A stretch of 64,000 nt of DNA, taken from sequence record OR258281.1; one strand, written 5' to 3'. The first letter of the stretch is position 1; every line of letters begins with the position of its first letter. The notes beneath the pieces are model-generated. The model searched no databases, was not told where the DNA came from, and saw nothing but the letters and a program-made list of their open reading frames with translations. Of the stretch, positions 19,462 through 29,659 are shown piece after piece. The translations under genes were made by a program, and so were the position numbers.

Positions 19462-19647
19462 ATGTTTATTCAGATCTACGACAAATCAAAGTACAAAAAG
19501 TTCACAGACGCAAGAAAGAACAATGATTATCGTACACTGGAAGTACCAGATGATACAAACCTATTAGTTATTCATAACCTGATTAGTACTGTACAGAGTA
19601 TGTGCAACTATAAATCATTGGCATGGCTTCAGGAGAACAGAATATGA
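19462..19647 (+). CDS. Hypothetical protein
   Basis: Promoter and RBS. Confidence 0.7.
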   Translation: MFIQIYDKSKYKKFTDARKNNDYRTLEVPDDTNLLVIHNLISTVQSMCNYKSLAWLQENRI

Positions 19648-19877
19648 GTACTATACACCAGTATGCTATTGTTGATGAAGAAACTGATTTAGTTATCGGT
19701 AAGTACGTAAGTACTCAAGCCCCGGCTAAAATGCGTAATATACCTTATGCAATAATGGATATCAACGACGTTAAAAGTACTGGTAAAGCATTCTTGAGCC
19801 GGTCAGTTAAGTACTGGGATCAAGTTAAACATCCACTGTACAACTACTTTAAAGATGATAGCGTAGTACTGTTATAA
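19644..19877 (+). CDS. Hypothetical protein
   Basis: ATGA overlap; start corrected. Confidence 0.7.
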   Translation: MSTIHQYAIVDEETDLVIGKYVSTQAPAKMRNIPYAIMDINDVKSTGKAFLSRSVKYWDQVKHPLYNYFKDDSVVLL

Positions 19878-19949
19878 TACATTAAAAGTACCTTGCAAAT
19901 AGTATCAGGGTACTTTATAATGTACTTATACAAACAAGGGGATAAAGAA

Positions 19950-20261
19950 ATGAAAGATAAACTGATTCAAGTAATCAAAGATACCCACGATAGTCAAGAA
20001 AAACGATTCAATCCTGACTTTTTTGTTGACAGCAAACGTATGTCAGACGAAGGTATGTTGATTGTTAAATCACTGATCGGAAATCTGTTTGTCAAAGGTT
20101 ATTCCGAAGAATCAAGAAAAAACTTTGAAGTATTCAAAGACTCTGAAAACTATCGTATTCGTCTTTGGGTATTTGATAGCAACAAGCCTGAAACTTTTAC
20201 TTTCATGTGCAACGCGAATGAAATGGATATCGCTATTAAGTACATTCAGGATTCAATGTAA
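19950..20261 (+). CDS. Hypothetical early protein
   Basis: Cassette promoter; start corrected. Confidence 0.8.
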   Translation: MKDKLIQVIKDTHDSQEKRFNPDFFVDSKRMSDEGMLIVKSLIGNLFVKGYSEESRKNFEVFKDSENYRIRLWVFDSNKPETFTFMCNANEMDIAIKYIQDSM

Positions 20262-20334
20262 GAGTACAATAAAAGTACTTGCAATATATCAGCGAGTACT
20301 TTATAATGTACTTATACAAACGAGGGGATAAGAA

Positions 20335-20601
20335 ATGAGCAGAACTGTTAATTTTAACCCACAAGGTATGGATATTGTATATCTTGGGTTTGATCGTCCT
20401 GAATACATGCAAAGTATTGAAGCATGTTGCGTATTCAAGTACAAAGGATACGAAATTAGTATCAGTACTAAAGGCCGCTACAAAGGTGCGTGCCTGAATG
20501 AACATCTGGTTATTAGCCCGAATGGTACTGAAACGTATATTGCTGATACTGTACAGGCGGCAATTGAATTTGTTGATGCACAATTGAGTACTCAATCATG
20601 A
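20335..20601 (+). CDS. Hypothetical early protein
   Basis: Cassette promoter and RBS. Confidence 0.8.
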   Translation: MSRTVNFNPQGMDIVYLGFDRPEYMQSIEACCVFKYKGYEISISTKGRYKGACLNEHLVISPNGTETYIADTVQAAIEFVDAQLSTQS

Positions 20602-20867
20602 AAGGTAATCGGAAAAAAGTCGATACTGATTGTATCTACAATGTAGTACTTTCGCGGTTCCATCATGAAAGTATTAATGATATGGGTAAACACCAAGTGC
20701 GTAAATTTAAACGTACTGTCGGTATTACTCCTAAAGTAATTGAAATGCTTTCGTATGGTTATCAGTTACCTAGTGCAAAAAGTACCGTAGTTGCTGATTG
20801 TAATGATGATTGGGTTAGTATTGATCCCGGTTCTTTTTGGGAAGAATTTTACGAAACTGAAAAATAA
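20598..20867 (+). CDS. Hypothetical protein
   Basis: ATGA overlap. Confidence 0.7.
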   Translation: MKGNRKKVDTDCIYNVVLSRFHHESINDMGKHQVRKFKRTVGITPKVIEMLSYGYQLPSAKSTVVADCNDDWVSIDPGSFWEEFYETEK

Positions 20868-20939
20868 TACATTAAAAGTATCTTGCATAAGTTATCAGGG
20901 TACTTTATAATGAATTATCAAATCAAGAGGGATAAGCAA

Positions 20940-21422
20940 ATGACTGAATTACCATTACACTATCATATCGCTGATTCAGTTGATATGAACAAATGGCCTG
21001 AGCATTATAATTATTGTGCTCTACAGGCTAACGGTACTCTTTCTTTGTTTGTCTCTCAGCCAGTATTCAAAGAATATCAGAAAAGTGAAAAAATTTATGG
21101 TCATACTGGATATTACCTAAGAACTGAATACTGGAGCGAATTTCGTTGGGAAGGGTCTTTGTCTATCTTTTACCCTATCAAAATCGCTCGGAACCGGTAT
21201 TACGGAGAAATGTTTTTCTCGCGTGAGCAAATCCAGCAGATCAAAGATAATTATGCAAATGACATTCAAGTACAAAAAGAAATAGTACTTGAACAACAAC
21301 GAAAAGAAAAAGAAAAGATACTAAAAGAAGAAAAGAAAGAAAGTTTTCATGCAATGTTACTTGGAATTACTATAGTTTTAGGTATAATAATTATAACAAT
21401 AGCTAAGGCGTTAGAACCATGA
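20940..21422 (+). CDS. Early protein with a C-terminal transmembrane helix
   Basis: Cassette promoter; AMLLGITIVLGIIIITIA. Confidence 0.75.
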   Translation: MTELPLHYHIADSVDMNKWPEHYNYCALQANGTLSLFVSQPVFKEYQKSEKIYGHTGYYLRTEYWSEFRWEGSLSIFYPIKIARNRYYGEMFFSREQIQQIKDNYANDIQVQKEIVLEQQRKEKEKILKEEKKESFHAMLLGITIVLGIIIITIAKALEP

Positions 21423-21655
21423 AAATTGTACCAGTGCCAGAAGTACAGAAGCCTAATAATTATCTAGATAAGGAATTAGATTTCTACCGGGATTTACCGA
21501 AAAGAAAAAAGGTTCCTTGCAAATCCACCAGCACTGTAGTACATTTACACGAGCACAAGATCATAGTAGGTTATGAAAATCTTGGGCCAAATAAAGTACC
21601 TAAAATGACTCCTGAACGCGTCCAGGCTCATATTGAATGGTTGAAAAGTTTATAG
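21419..21655 (+). CDS. Hypothetical protein
   Basis: ATGA overlap. Confidence 0.7.
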   Translation: MKIVPVPEVQKPNNYLDKELDFYRDLPKRKKVPCKSTSTVVHLHEHKIIVGYENLGPNKVPKMTPERVQAHIEWLKSL

Positions 21656-21661
21656 GATCAT

Positions 21662-21883
21662 ATGATGAAGTACAAAATCTATTACCGTATTAAACGCAAA
21701 AAATCACTTGCTAATAGCATTAAGATGGAGTTTAATCTTGAAGCTGAAGATTATCTTAAAGCGGTTGATAAACTTACCCGGTCTATTACAGACTACGAGC
21801 CGGATGTAGAAGTAATTATAATACAAGCATTCTGTGAAGTATATAACAACAACGAAACTGTAGTACTTCCAGAAGATTTATAA
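21662..21883 (+). CDS. Hypothetical protein
   Basis: AGGA RBS. Confidence 0.7.
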   Translation: MMKYKIYYRIKRKKSLANSIKMEFNLEAEDYLKAVDKLTRSITDYEPDVEVIIIQAFCEVYNNNETVVLPEDL

Positions 21884-22093
21884 GAATAAGCACAATCGGC
21901 CTACTATCCCCCTTGCACAATCAGGCCGGTTGTGCTACCTTATTACTTGTCCTCTAGGGGCGGGGAGATATAGTACTAAATGTAAATGATTCTCATTCGT
22001 AATAAAATAATTAAGAATAGTACTAAAAAAGACTTGCACTATAGTTAAGGAAATATTATAGTACTTAACAGGAACAGAGAGGGGGATAACGAG

Positions 22094-22390
22094 ATGCAAG
22101 CAAGTACCTTTATCAAAACTGTACGCACTAATCTGGAAACTGTAATTACTGAATCACAACGCCAGGAATATAAGGCAGAAGTGATCATTAAGCAATTCAA
22201 AGAACGTATGAAGAATGTTCGTGAGTTAGTACTGAAACAAATTACTAACCGCAAAGAACAACAAAAGTATCTTAAGGTACTTAATGATTGTAATGTACAA
22301 TATAAAGATAAGCATTATGATCTTATTGTGATGGACTTCAAAGAATTAAAAACTAAGCTACCTTACATGATCGATTTCATTAAATTGTAA
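22094..22390 (+). CDS. Hypothetical basic early protein
   Basis: Promoter and RBS. Confidence 0.75.
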   Translation: MQASTFIKTVRTNLETVITESQRQEYKAEVIIKQFKERMKNVRELVLKQITNRKEQQKYLKVLNDCNVQYKDKHYDLIVMDFKELKTKLPYMIDFIKL

Positions 22391-22465
22391 GAGTACAATA
22401 AAAGTACTTGTACTATATCAGCAAGTACTTTATAATGTATTCATCAATCAAGAGGGGATAGAAAA

Positions 22466-22699
22466 ATGCATAACAAGTTTAAAGTACGCAAGTGGTCTGA
22501 CGATAAGTTGCAAGCCCGTCCGTATGATGTTGTTTATCTCGATCTGGCTAACAACAACTTGCACTTTCATCCAGATATGCAGTACAGCAATGAAGTAGAT
22601 GCCGCTGTTGCTACTGAAAAGCTGAACCACGCCAGGCAAGCCGCTAACCCTAAACAGTGGCCCATCGATGGCCCTATCCCTGAAGAATATTTGCACTAA
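22466..22699 (+). CDS. Hypothetical early protein
   Basis: Cassette promoter and RBS. Confidence 0.8.
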   Translation: MHNKFKVRKWSDDKLQARPYDVVYLDLANNNLHFHPDMQYSNEVDAAVATEKLNHARQAANPKQWPIDGPIPEEYLH

Positions 22700-22789
22700 A
22701 AAACAAAAGTAGTACTGAAAAAAGACTTGCATATAACATCTAATAGTACTATAATAAGTACATACAAAAAGATATAGGGGAATAAAATC

Positions 22790-23692
22790 ATGGTTATGTC
22801 GTATTCAAACAAAACAGAAAAGCTGATTCCAAGTATCGGTCGTGAACTTCGGGCTAAGTCTCGCCCCCTTACCAATACTGAAATGTTTCAGGCTGCACCG
22901 TCACTGTTTCAGGCACAGGCACACGATTCGCGTTCAAGCCGTTTCAAGCCTATCAGTACTATTGACGTAGTTGATGCGTTACGCACAGAAGGCTTTGAAC
23001 CCTTCTCGGTACTGCAATCCCGTGCTCGCGATGAAAGTAAAATCGACTTCACTAAACATCAGGTACGTTTCCGTAAACGTGAAGAACTGGAAGGCGAACT
23101 GTTGTTGCCTGAATGGAATGAAATCATTCTGGTTAATGCCAACGATGGTACAAGTTCTTACCAGGTAATGGCTGGTGGATTCCGCCAGGCTTGTGCAAAT
23201 GGTTTAGTACTCGGAGACATTAACTGTACTCAACGTGTACACCATAAAGGTTCTAACATCCAAAAAGATGTTATCGAAGGCGTGTACACAGTAGTAAATC
23301 AATTCAAAATGATTGATGAATACAAAGAAGATATGCAACGTACTATGTTGTCAATTGAAGACCGTAATGGTCTGGCAATGGCTGCAATGATCTTCGCCGG
23401 GTTTGATTATCAGGATCTTCCTTATGATCATAAGTTACTGCTGAAAACCCATCGCCATGCTGATAGCGGTCACGATCTCTGGAGTACTTTTAACGTAGTA
23501 CAAGAGAACCTTGTAAAAGGCGGCGTGAAGTATAAGAAGTTTGACGAAGAAAAACAAACAGTACGTAATGTGAGTACTAAAGGTATTACCAGCATCCAAA
23601 AGAATATCCAGGTTAATCAGGGCGTCTGGACTGCTGCTAAAATGCTGATCAATAGTAATCAGGAAAAACAGGACGTACTTGCTTTAGTCTAA
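22790..23692 (+). CDS. DUF932 family protein
   Basis: HDSRSSRFKPISTIDVVDALRTEGF, FTKHQVRFR, EIILVNANDGTSSYQVMAGGFRQACANGLV, DLWSTFNVVQENL. Confidence 0.85.
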   Translation: MVMSYSNKTEKLIPSIGRELRAKSRPLTNTEMFQAAPSLFQAQAHDSRSSRFKPISTIDVVDALRTEGFEPFSVLQSRARDESKIDFTKHQVRFRKREELEGELLLPEWNEIILVNANDGTSSYQVMAGGFRQACANGLVLGDINCTQRVHHKGSNIQKDVIEGVYTVVNQFKMIDEYKEDMQRTMLSIEDRNGLAMAAMIFAGFDYQDLPYDHKLLLKTHRHADSGHDLWSTFNVVQENLVKGGVKYKKFDEEKQTVRNVSTKGITSIQKNIQVNQGVWTAAKMLINSNQEKQDVLALV

Positions 23693-24253
23693 TCCCCCGT
23701 AAAACGCTCTACAAGGAACGTAGAGCCGTTTTACAAAGTACTTGATAAAAGATATTAGGTACTCTGTAAAACGTAATAGAAAGGCAACCAGAAATGAATA
23801 ATATAATCTTTACTGGTGGATTTGCTTTAATCTATATGCTAGTATATGGCTATCAGGAATATGGTTCAGTACTGAATGGCTTAAAACATTTTGCAAAGTT
23901 CATAGTGGGGATGTTATAATGTTTAAACTAATCAGCCTCGTTTGTATTCTGGTAGTAGTATGCCTTATCTGGCAGACTGCCGCAATCTATGTCAGTGCTA
24001 CCCTGGGTTATATGTCTGACTTCATTGCTAACATCAGTGCATTCAGCTTTATCAAAATTCAATAGTACTGTACCGGATTCTATATAATTTCGAGTACTCA
24101 ACAAAGTAAACACGAATCATAGAAATTTTGGTACACCCTTGAGCACTCAGGGAAAATTTCGCAAGTACGTGAGCACATATGCGGATCATGCCTGTACCCA
24201 TACATTACACGTACAGATACACATCATACAAATATATACGCGAGGGTACTTGC

Positions 24254-24619
24254 ATGTACTTACCTAATAATGTATCATTAATATCAGTTGATGGTTCAGT
24301 GAGAATCAGTAAATGTACAGATGAAGTTAATCCGTACCTGGTTTATCATTTAGGTACTTGCACAGTGCATAAAAGTACCTTAGAGGAAGCTATCGATCAT
24401 TGTACTAAACGTTATCAAGCTCGCTTCCCAAAAGAAACAAAAGTACTTGCAAAAGATATTAAACGTGGTATGATCGTTTGTACAGAAGGTTATCCATACG
24501 GTTCAGTTAAGTTCAATAACCGTAATGTTGATGAAGACCAGGATCATCGCCAGTTAGTACTCTTCTCGCAAGATACTATTACGTTAGATTCCAGTGCTGT
24601 ACTGACAGTACTGAAATAA
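24254..24619 (+). CDS. Hypothetical protein
   Basis: GAGGG RBS; start corrected. Confidence 0.65.
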   Translation: MYLPNNVSLISVDGSVRISKCTDEVNPYLVYHLGTCTVHKSTLEEAIDHCTKRYQARFPKETKVLAKDIKRGMIVCTEGYPYGSVKFNNRNVDEDQDHRQLVLFSQDTITLDSSAVLTVLK

Positions 24620-25077
24620 TACCAAATATGGCCGGTACTTGACAAAACTCTATCCCCCTAGAGTCAAGTACTGGCCGCCTCTTTTTATCCCCAAAATACA
24701 TTTTTACCCTAACCCCTAATTGTATCACATCCTGAGCCAAAAAACAAGTCCGACCAGCACGAATTGCTTAGATGCGAATACGAATGATAATGATTCTCAT
24801 TTCAGTCAAAGGCCACATCTACCCGCCCCTCGGGGTCAGTATTAATATAACAGAACTGAAAAATAATTGCAAGTACTACAGCACTATTTGTTTAAATGCG
24901 AATGAGAATCATTTACAACAATGATCGCATCTCCCCACCCCTCGGGGTCAACTACATAGTACTAAACCAGTACTGAAAAAGCAAGGGAATATATCAAAAT
25001 AAAGGTACTTATTTGTACTTGCAGAATCATTTCAGGAAAGGTATAGTACTTACATCGAAATTACGGGGATAGACAAA

Positions 25078-25485
25078 ATGAATAAAGAACAGGCTATTGC
25101 AGTACTGCGAGTACTGAAGAACATCCGCACTTGTGTAGATAATCAAGATACTTATATCCCTGGCGTGGGCGATTGCCATAATCAGGATGCAAGATATCGC
25201 AGTCCGTTTAACCTGTCTAAATCTTTCGGGATTTGCTGGCATGTATACGCCCACACATCCGGCGATCTCGGGATCGATATTGAGTTTCTTAAACCGGTAT
25301 TTGTTGAATTAGGTTATAAGTCTGATGCCTACCCGGTGGAAAGTACTGTACTGCCTGAAGGCGACAATGATTATTGGTTTGAAAATCGTAGTAATTACGA
25401 TCTGTACTTCAGCGATAACAAGTACTCAAAAGTACGGTATGAGTTATTAGAAAAGCTGATTAAGTACTTTGAAAATAAATTGTAA
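25078..25485 (+). CDS. Hypothetical early protein
   Basis: Promoter and RBS. Confidence 0.8.
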   Translation: MNKEQAIAVLRVLKNIRTCVDNQDTYIPGVGDCHNQDARYRSPFNLSKSFGICWHVYAHTSGDLGIDIEFLKPVFVELGYKSDAYPVESTVLPEGDNDYWFENRSNYDLYFSDNKYSKVRYELLEKLIKYFENKL

Positions 25486-25584
25486 TTGGTAATAATCAGT
25501 ACTTGCAAAGTACAGTACTATCAATTACTATTAGTACTCAAAGCGGGGAAATGACTTCCCCGCCGTAATAGGGGATTAAAGATT

Positions 25585-25893
25585 ATGGCACGTAAAACCA
25601 CTAAGATTTGTTCACTGATGTTATCAGAGCACGATTCACAACGTAATGCGATCCTTCTCAATAAAAGCACCACAGATAAAGAGAAAGTACTGCAATTGCG
25701 TGAAATTAATGCAATGATAGAATCGTTGCTGATGAAATCAAACTGCTATCATGGTTTCCAGTACCCGGATTTAGAGGGTTTGCGTAAAGTTCAGGCAGAA
25801 TATGAATCCACGCCAGGCAGCGACTACGGTACTGTAGTACTTGATTCTGTAGCTGAAAATAACCGTATGTATATCGGTCTCCGCGACTGGTAA
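25585..25893 (+). CDS. Hypothetical early protein
   Basis: Promoter, 5-prime hairpin leader and RBS. Confidence 0.8.
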   Translation: MARKTTKICSLMLSEHDSQRNAILLNKSTTDKEKVLQLREINAMIESLLMKSNCYHGFQYPDLEGLRKVQAEYESTPGSDYGTVVLDSVAENNRMYIGLRDW

Positions 25894-25989
25894 AAGTTTT
25901 TATTAAAAGTACCTTGCATATATCGTAGGGTACTTTATAATGAAATCTAAATCAGAGAATGATTCTTTGATGTACCAGGGGGAAAGATT

Positions 25990-26199
25990 ATGGCACTGTA
26001 TACCCGTTCTTTATTCAGTACTAAAAACATCGCGACACAAGTCGAAAGATATTACATGATGGTTTGTGATGCTCCACGCCGAATCAGTAAGGCGGAATAC
26101 CTGGAGTACAAACAAACGGCGATCCGTAAAGATTCAATGAGTACCGAAATTACTAAAAAATGCATCCGTCATTTTACTACCTGTTACTATGACGTATAA
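25990..26199 (+). CDS. Hypothetical early protein
   Basis: Cassette promoter. Confidence 0.75.
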   Translation: MALYTRSLFSTKNIATQVERYYMMVCDAPRRISKAEYLEYKQTAIRKDSMSTEITKKCIRHFTTCYYDV

Positions 26200-26428
26200 A
26201 ATATTTTCGAAATAATGTAATTGCCGCTTGTATTCCAGGCGGCAGTTTGATACATTGAAGTTGACCCCGAGGGGTGGGGAGATCCAATCATATACATAGC
26301 AGGCTAATAGTTCAGTACTGAACTAACAAAAATAGTACTAAAATAAATTTGCAATATATCCATTCATCCTGTACATTAGTACTTAACAGGTAAGCAATGA
26401 CGCTTAACCTAATATGGGGATTAAAATT

Positions 26429-26899
26429 ATGAATGCTATTCAGTTCGCTGCAAAGGTTAAAGAATCATTCCTGAAGTACTTCCCTAATGGTTTCTTAGGA
26501 TCTAGTAAGTACCAGTTAGGCGGCGGGATTCACTTCACGGCTGGCCTGGTTTCGAATGCTAACGATATTTCTTCCGGGTACAGGGTAAATGATATCATTT
26601 CCCTTTCTTTCGGTATTCACGACAATGTTAAGTACAACACAGAAGAAGAGATCCAGGGTAAGATCGTGATTGAATTTGTACAAAACAGCTTCAGTACTAA
26701 ACCCGAGCCAGGTTCTTACATGGCGATGGGCCGGGTAAAGATCCCCGCACGTAAGATCAACAACACACCAGAAAAAGCAATTGAAAGCCTGGATAAAGTA
26801 TTCCAGAAAACAGCAGAATTGATAAAAGCTGAAGTACTTAAGAATAACTTATACCGCCAGGAAAACATAAACGAAAAGTACTTAAACAGTATCAAATAA
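26429..26899 (+). CDS. Hypothetical early protein
   Basis: RBS; start corrected. Confidence 0.8.
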   Translation: MNAIQFAAKVKESFLKYFPNGFLGSSKYQLGGGIHFTAGLVSNANDISSGYRVNDIISLSFGIHDNVKYNTEEEIQGKIVIEFVQNSFSTKPEPGSYMAMGRVKIPARKINNTPEKAIESLDKVFQKTAELIKAEVLKNNLYRQENINEKYLNSIK

Positions 26900-26979
26900 A
26901 TTTGCTTATAGTACCGAGTACTGATATATTACTACTCAAAGGGGGAAATGATTTCCCCCTAATAATGGGGATTAAAATT

Positions 26980-27402
26980 ATGAGTACTTTTACTTTAGCA
27001 ACATATACTTACAACAACACCACTAATGAAGTACTTCACCATACTAACAGTGAACGTACTAAACTTTGGTACGCTAACCACGGCATCTCTAAGCACCTGG
27101 ATTCATTGCAGGAAATGGAGATCCCCGCGTCAAACCTGCTCATGATCGCCCTGGGCTGGGCTGGTGGCACTATCCATATGGTAGCCAGTGAAACAGGTCT
27201 GACTGTCCAGGAGATTTTGGATCTGGAACAGGTGAAGCCGGTACAATCCCGCGAGGAAATTACCCCGTATGGCTTCGGTATGATGTACGGTACTAAGAAC
27301 ATGGATCAGTATAAAGGAAATGTACAGTACTGGCGTGGAGTATTAGAAAATACTATCCAGTACAAAAAAAGTAAAATTAATTATAAATTGTACTTGAACT
27401 AA
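26980..27402 (+). CDS. Hypothetical protein, paralog of 30021-30371
   Basis: LMIALGWAGGTIHMVASETGLTVQEILDL...YKGNVQYWRGVL. Confidence 0.8.
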   Translation: MSTFTLATYTYNNTTNEVLHHTNSERTKLWYANHGISKHLDSLQEMEIPASNLLMIALGWAGGTIHMVASETGLTVQEILDLEQVKPVQSREEITPYGFGMMYGTKNMDQYKGNVQYWRGVLENTIQYKKSKINYKLYLN

Positions 27403-27470
27403 GGAACTGTATTTGATACCTTAGTACTCAAAGGGGGAAATGATTTCCCCCTGTAATTGGGGATAGTAAA

Positions 27471-27938
27471 ATGAACAAATTCAAAGCGGTTTCAGAAGTA
27501 CTCAAGAACGGCAGGAAATCAGTAGATGGTACTGAATGGAATTACATGTTCCAGGGTACTCGCTTCGCTTGCATCTCTAAACAGGATGGAAAGTATTTTG
27601 TACACTATGAAGGCCGCACTACAGCATTGCAATCTTATCCTAATTTTATGAAAGCGATTGCTTTTGTCGCGGATCTGTATTGCCGTCTGTATAACTCCGC
27701 TGTGTGTGCTGGTGGTACTGAAGTAACTTTCTATCGTGACATCACTGTTTATGTCGGTACTGATGGAAAGCCTTACACTAAGCTGGCCGGGAAGTTCTCA
27801 TTAGTCCAGGTATTCGGGAACTGCTATCAGCACCTCTCAAAGTACTATAGCGATGTAATGTCTGATATTGAAATCGGTTACTTTGCGGATGTAATGGAAC
27901 AGGCTATTAGTGATTATTTGAACCGCGACGACGAATAG
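27471..27938 (+). CDS. Hypothetical early protein
   Basis: Promoter, hairpin leader and RBS. Confidence 0.8.
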   Translation: MNKFKAVSEVLKNGRKSVDGTEWNYMFQGTRFACISKQDGKYFVHYEGRTTALQSYPNFMKAIAFVADLYCRLYNSAVCAGGTEVTFYRDITVYVGTDGKPYTKLAGKFSLVQVFGNCYQHLSKYYSDVMSDIEIGYFADVMEQAISDYLNRDDE

Positions 27939-28016
27939 TACTGGTATTGCTCCACCAATAATGTATAATAAGTACTTCGGGGAATCAAATGGTTCCCCAT
28001 TACTGAGGGTAGCGGG

Positions 28017-28493
28017 ATGAATACTGACAACAATTTGCAGGTACTGGCTGAAGCAATGCAATCCATCGTAAACGCAAACGGTGTTGATGCATGTATCGCG
28101 TACTGTGAAAGTGTTTATTCTAGTACCTTCAGAACTGATTCTGTTGTTACACTTAACGATTTTGATTGTGATTGTGATTGTGACCCGGCTGAAGTACTCC
28201 GTACCTTAACCGATTCAGCCGCCGAATATCTTGCAGTCTTAAACGGTGTAGTACTCAATGAACCTTTAGGGTTCACTCCATCAATCGATGATGAAGATTT
28301 CGAGTACTATCCAGACCCTGGCGAGATGAACGCCGAACTGATACAGCCATATAAAGAGCAGGCACGGGCTTTAGTACTCAATAACTTGGAGTTCGTTATC
28401 CTGGTTAACTACAAAGGGGAAGAAGCCGGATATATGGTAAAAGAAGCCGCTCAGAGTTTAAGTCTGTACAAGGGAAAGTACAACTACGTTTAA
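28017..28493 (+). CDS. Hypothetical acidic protein with a DCDCDCD repeat
   Basis: 158-aa ORF. Confidence 0.7.
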   Translation: MNTDNNLQVLAEAMQSIVNANGVDACIAYCESVYSSTFRTDSVVTLNDFDCDCDCDPAEVLRTLTDSAAEYLAVLNGVVLNEPLGFTPSIDDEDFEYYPDPGEMNAELIQPYKEQARALVLNNLEFVILVNYKGEEAGYMVKEAAQSLSLYKGKYNYV

Positions 28494-28646
28494 CATCCCC
28501 CGAAATATTCCCACATACGGATCGTGTGGGATATTTCACCCTTTCTTGTACTAATAGCACTTTATGTTCTTGCAATATATCCCACGATAAACGATAATAA
28601 GTACTCAAGGCAAGCATGATGCAAAGCCAACCAGGGGATAAAGAAC

Positions 28647-28871
28647 ATGAAATTAGTAATCCGTGATCATAAGTTCGGTGACATTCTTTCAGTAGTTTTT
28701 GATATTACTATCGCACCAACTGCTAATAGTACCGTAACAACTGAAGATGGGTCATATGAAATTTTTGAAGTAGCATATGATTACAAAAACGGGCATGTAA
28801 ATGCATACACAGAAGAATATGATCATGAGCCGGTCGAGTACTACACCAAGACCGCCGAATTGATTAAATAG
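28647..28871 (+). CDS. Hypothetical early protein
   Basis: Promoter, hairpin leader and RBS. Confidence 0.8.
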   Translation: MKLVIRDHKFGDILSVVFDITIAPTANSTVTTEDGSYEIFEVAYDYKNGHVNAYTEEYDHEPVEYYTKTAELIK

Positions 28872-29659
28872 TCTCTTTACAAATCTTTACAAACCAGCCC
28901 TTGCACCCGCAGGGGCTTTTTGTTATCTTAATACTGACCCCGAGGGGCGGGGAGATGTAGCTGTATATAATAATGATTCTCATTCGCATTAAGTACTAAC
29001 ACGTCGCAATCATTCAGTACCCAATCATTTTATACAAAATCATTAGCATACTATTAATCACATATAATAGTAATCACCGTGAGTTACTATTTGCTTACTA
29101 AGCTAATGATTAAAGTACAAAACTATCAGATCCCAAATCATTAACAATGTAATAATCACTATAGTTATTATCTATAATCAAATCATTTAGTACTAAACAG
29201 TTAGGATGCTAACTATTACATGAAGTACTACAAGATAAGATATAATTAGCACGCTAAGTAATTCGCTGCCTGGACGCATTTCGCCGGGAATTACAAGATG
29301 CAGAAACTATATCAGTAGTCAATAGCTAATAGTACTTTATTTCAATTTTGCTTAATTCTGACATTATATACAGTACTCTAAAACGCTCTGTAACGCATTC
29401 TAAGCGTTTTTACCCAAAAGCTAACCAAGTGTACTGGTACTACACAGATCTCTTCACCACGAGCGAAATAGTATATGTCAATACTAAACTATAAAAATAA
29501 ATGAAAAATAATAGTACTTCAGGCTTGACTTATATAGTACTGAAGTACAATTAAGTACTGAAAAATAATTATAGAAATCGCTTGCCAGTACTGTACCAAA
29601 AGCGTATATTAGTAATCGAAGGGCGAGCATGATGCGATGCCTAATAGGGGATAAAGAAC

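Larger units (their letters stand above)
2431..25945 (+). promoter_or_regulatory. Repeated palindromic early promoter+RBS cassette, about 21 copies: AAAGTACC-TTGCAA-N17-TATAAT...GGGGATAGAGAAATG
   Basis: Copies near 2431, 4122, 4488, 4756, 4965, 5295, 5667, 8763, 9806, 10250, 10540, 10812, 11363, 11693, 13517, 18853, 19884, 20271, 20873, 22400 and 25905. In the 5295 copy, -35 TTGCAA is at 5303-08 and -10 TATAAT at 5326-31 with a 17-bp spacer; inverted arms AAAGTACC/GGTACTTT. Confidence 0.9.
3628..28989. promoter_or_regulatory. Six Fur-box-like sites AATGA(T/G)(T/A)(C/A)TCATT
   Basis: Cores at 3632-44, 6414-26, 21985-97, 24789-801, 24901-13 and 28972-84; resemble the enterobacterial Fur consensus GATAATGATAATCATTATC. 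Confidence 0.6.

Noticed and set aside
2431-25945. CRISPR array or integron cassette array reading of the recurring repeats
   Set aside because: The spacers are whole ORFs of variable length, and the repeats are promoter+RBS units. No cas genes, integrase or attC R/L boxes are seen.
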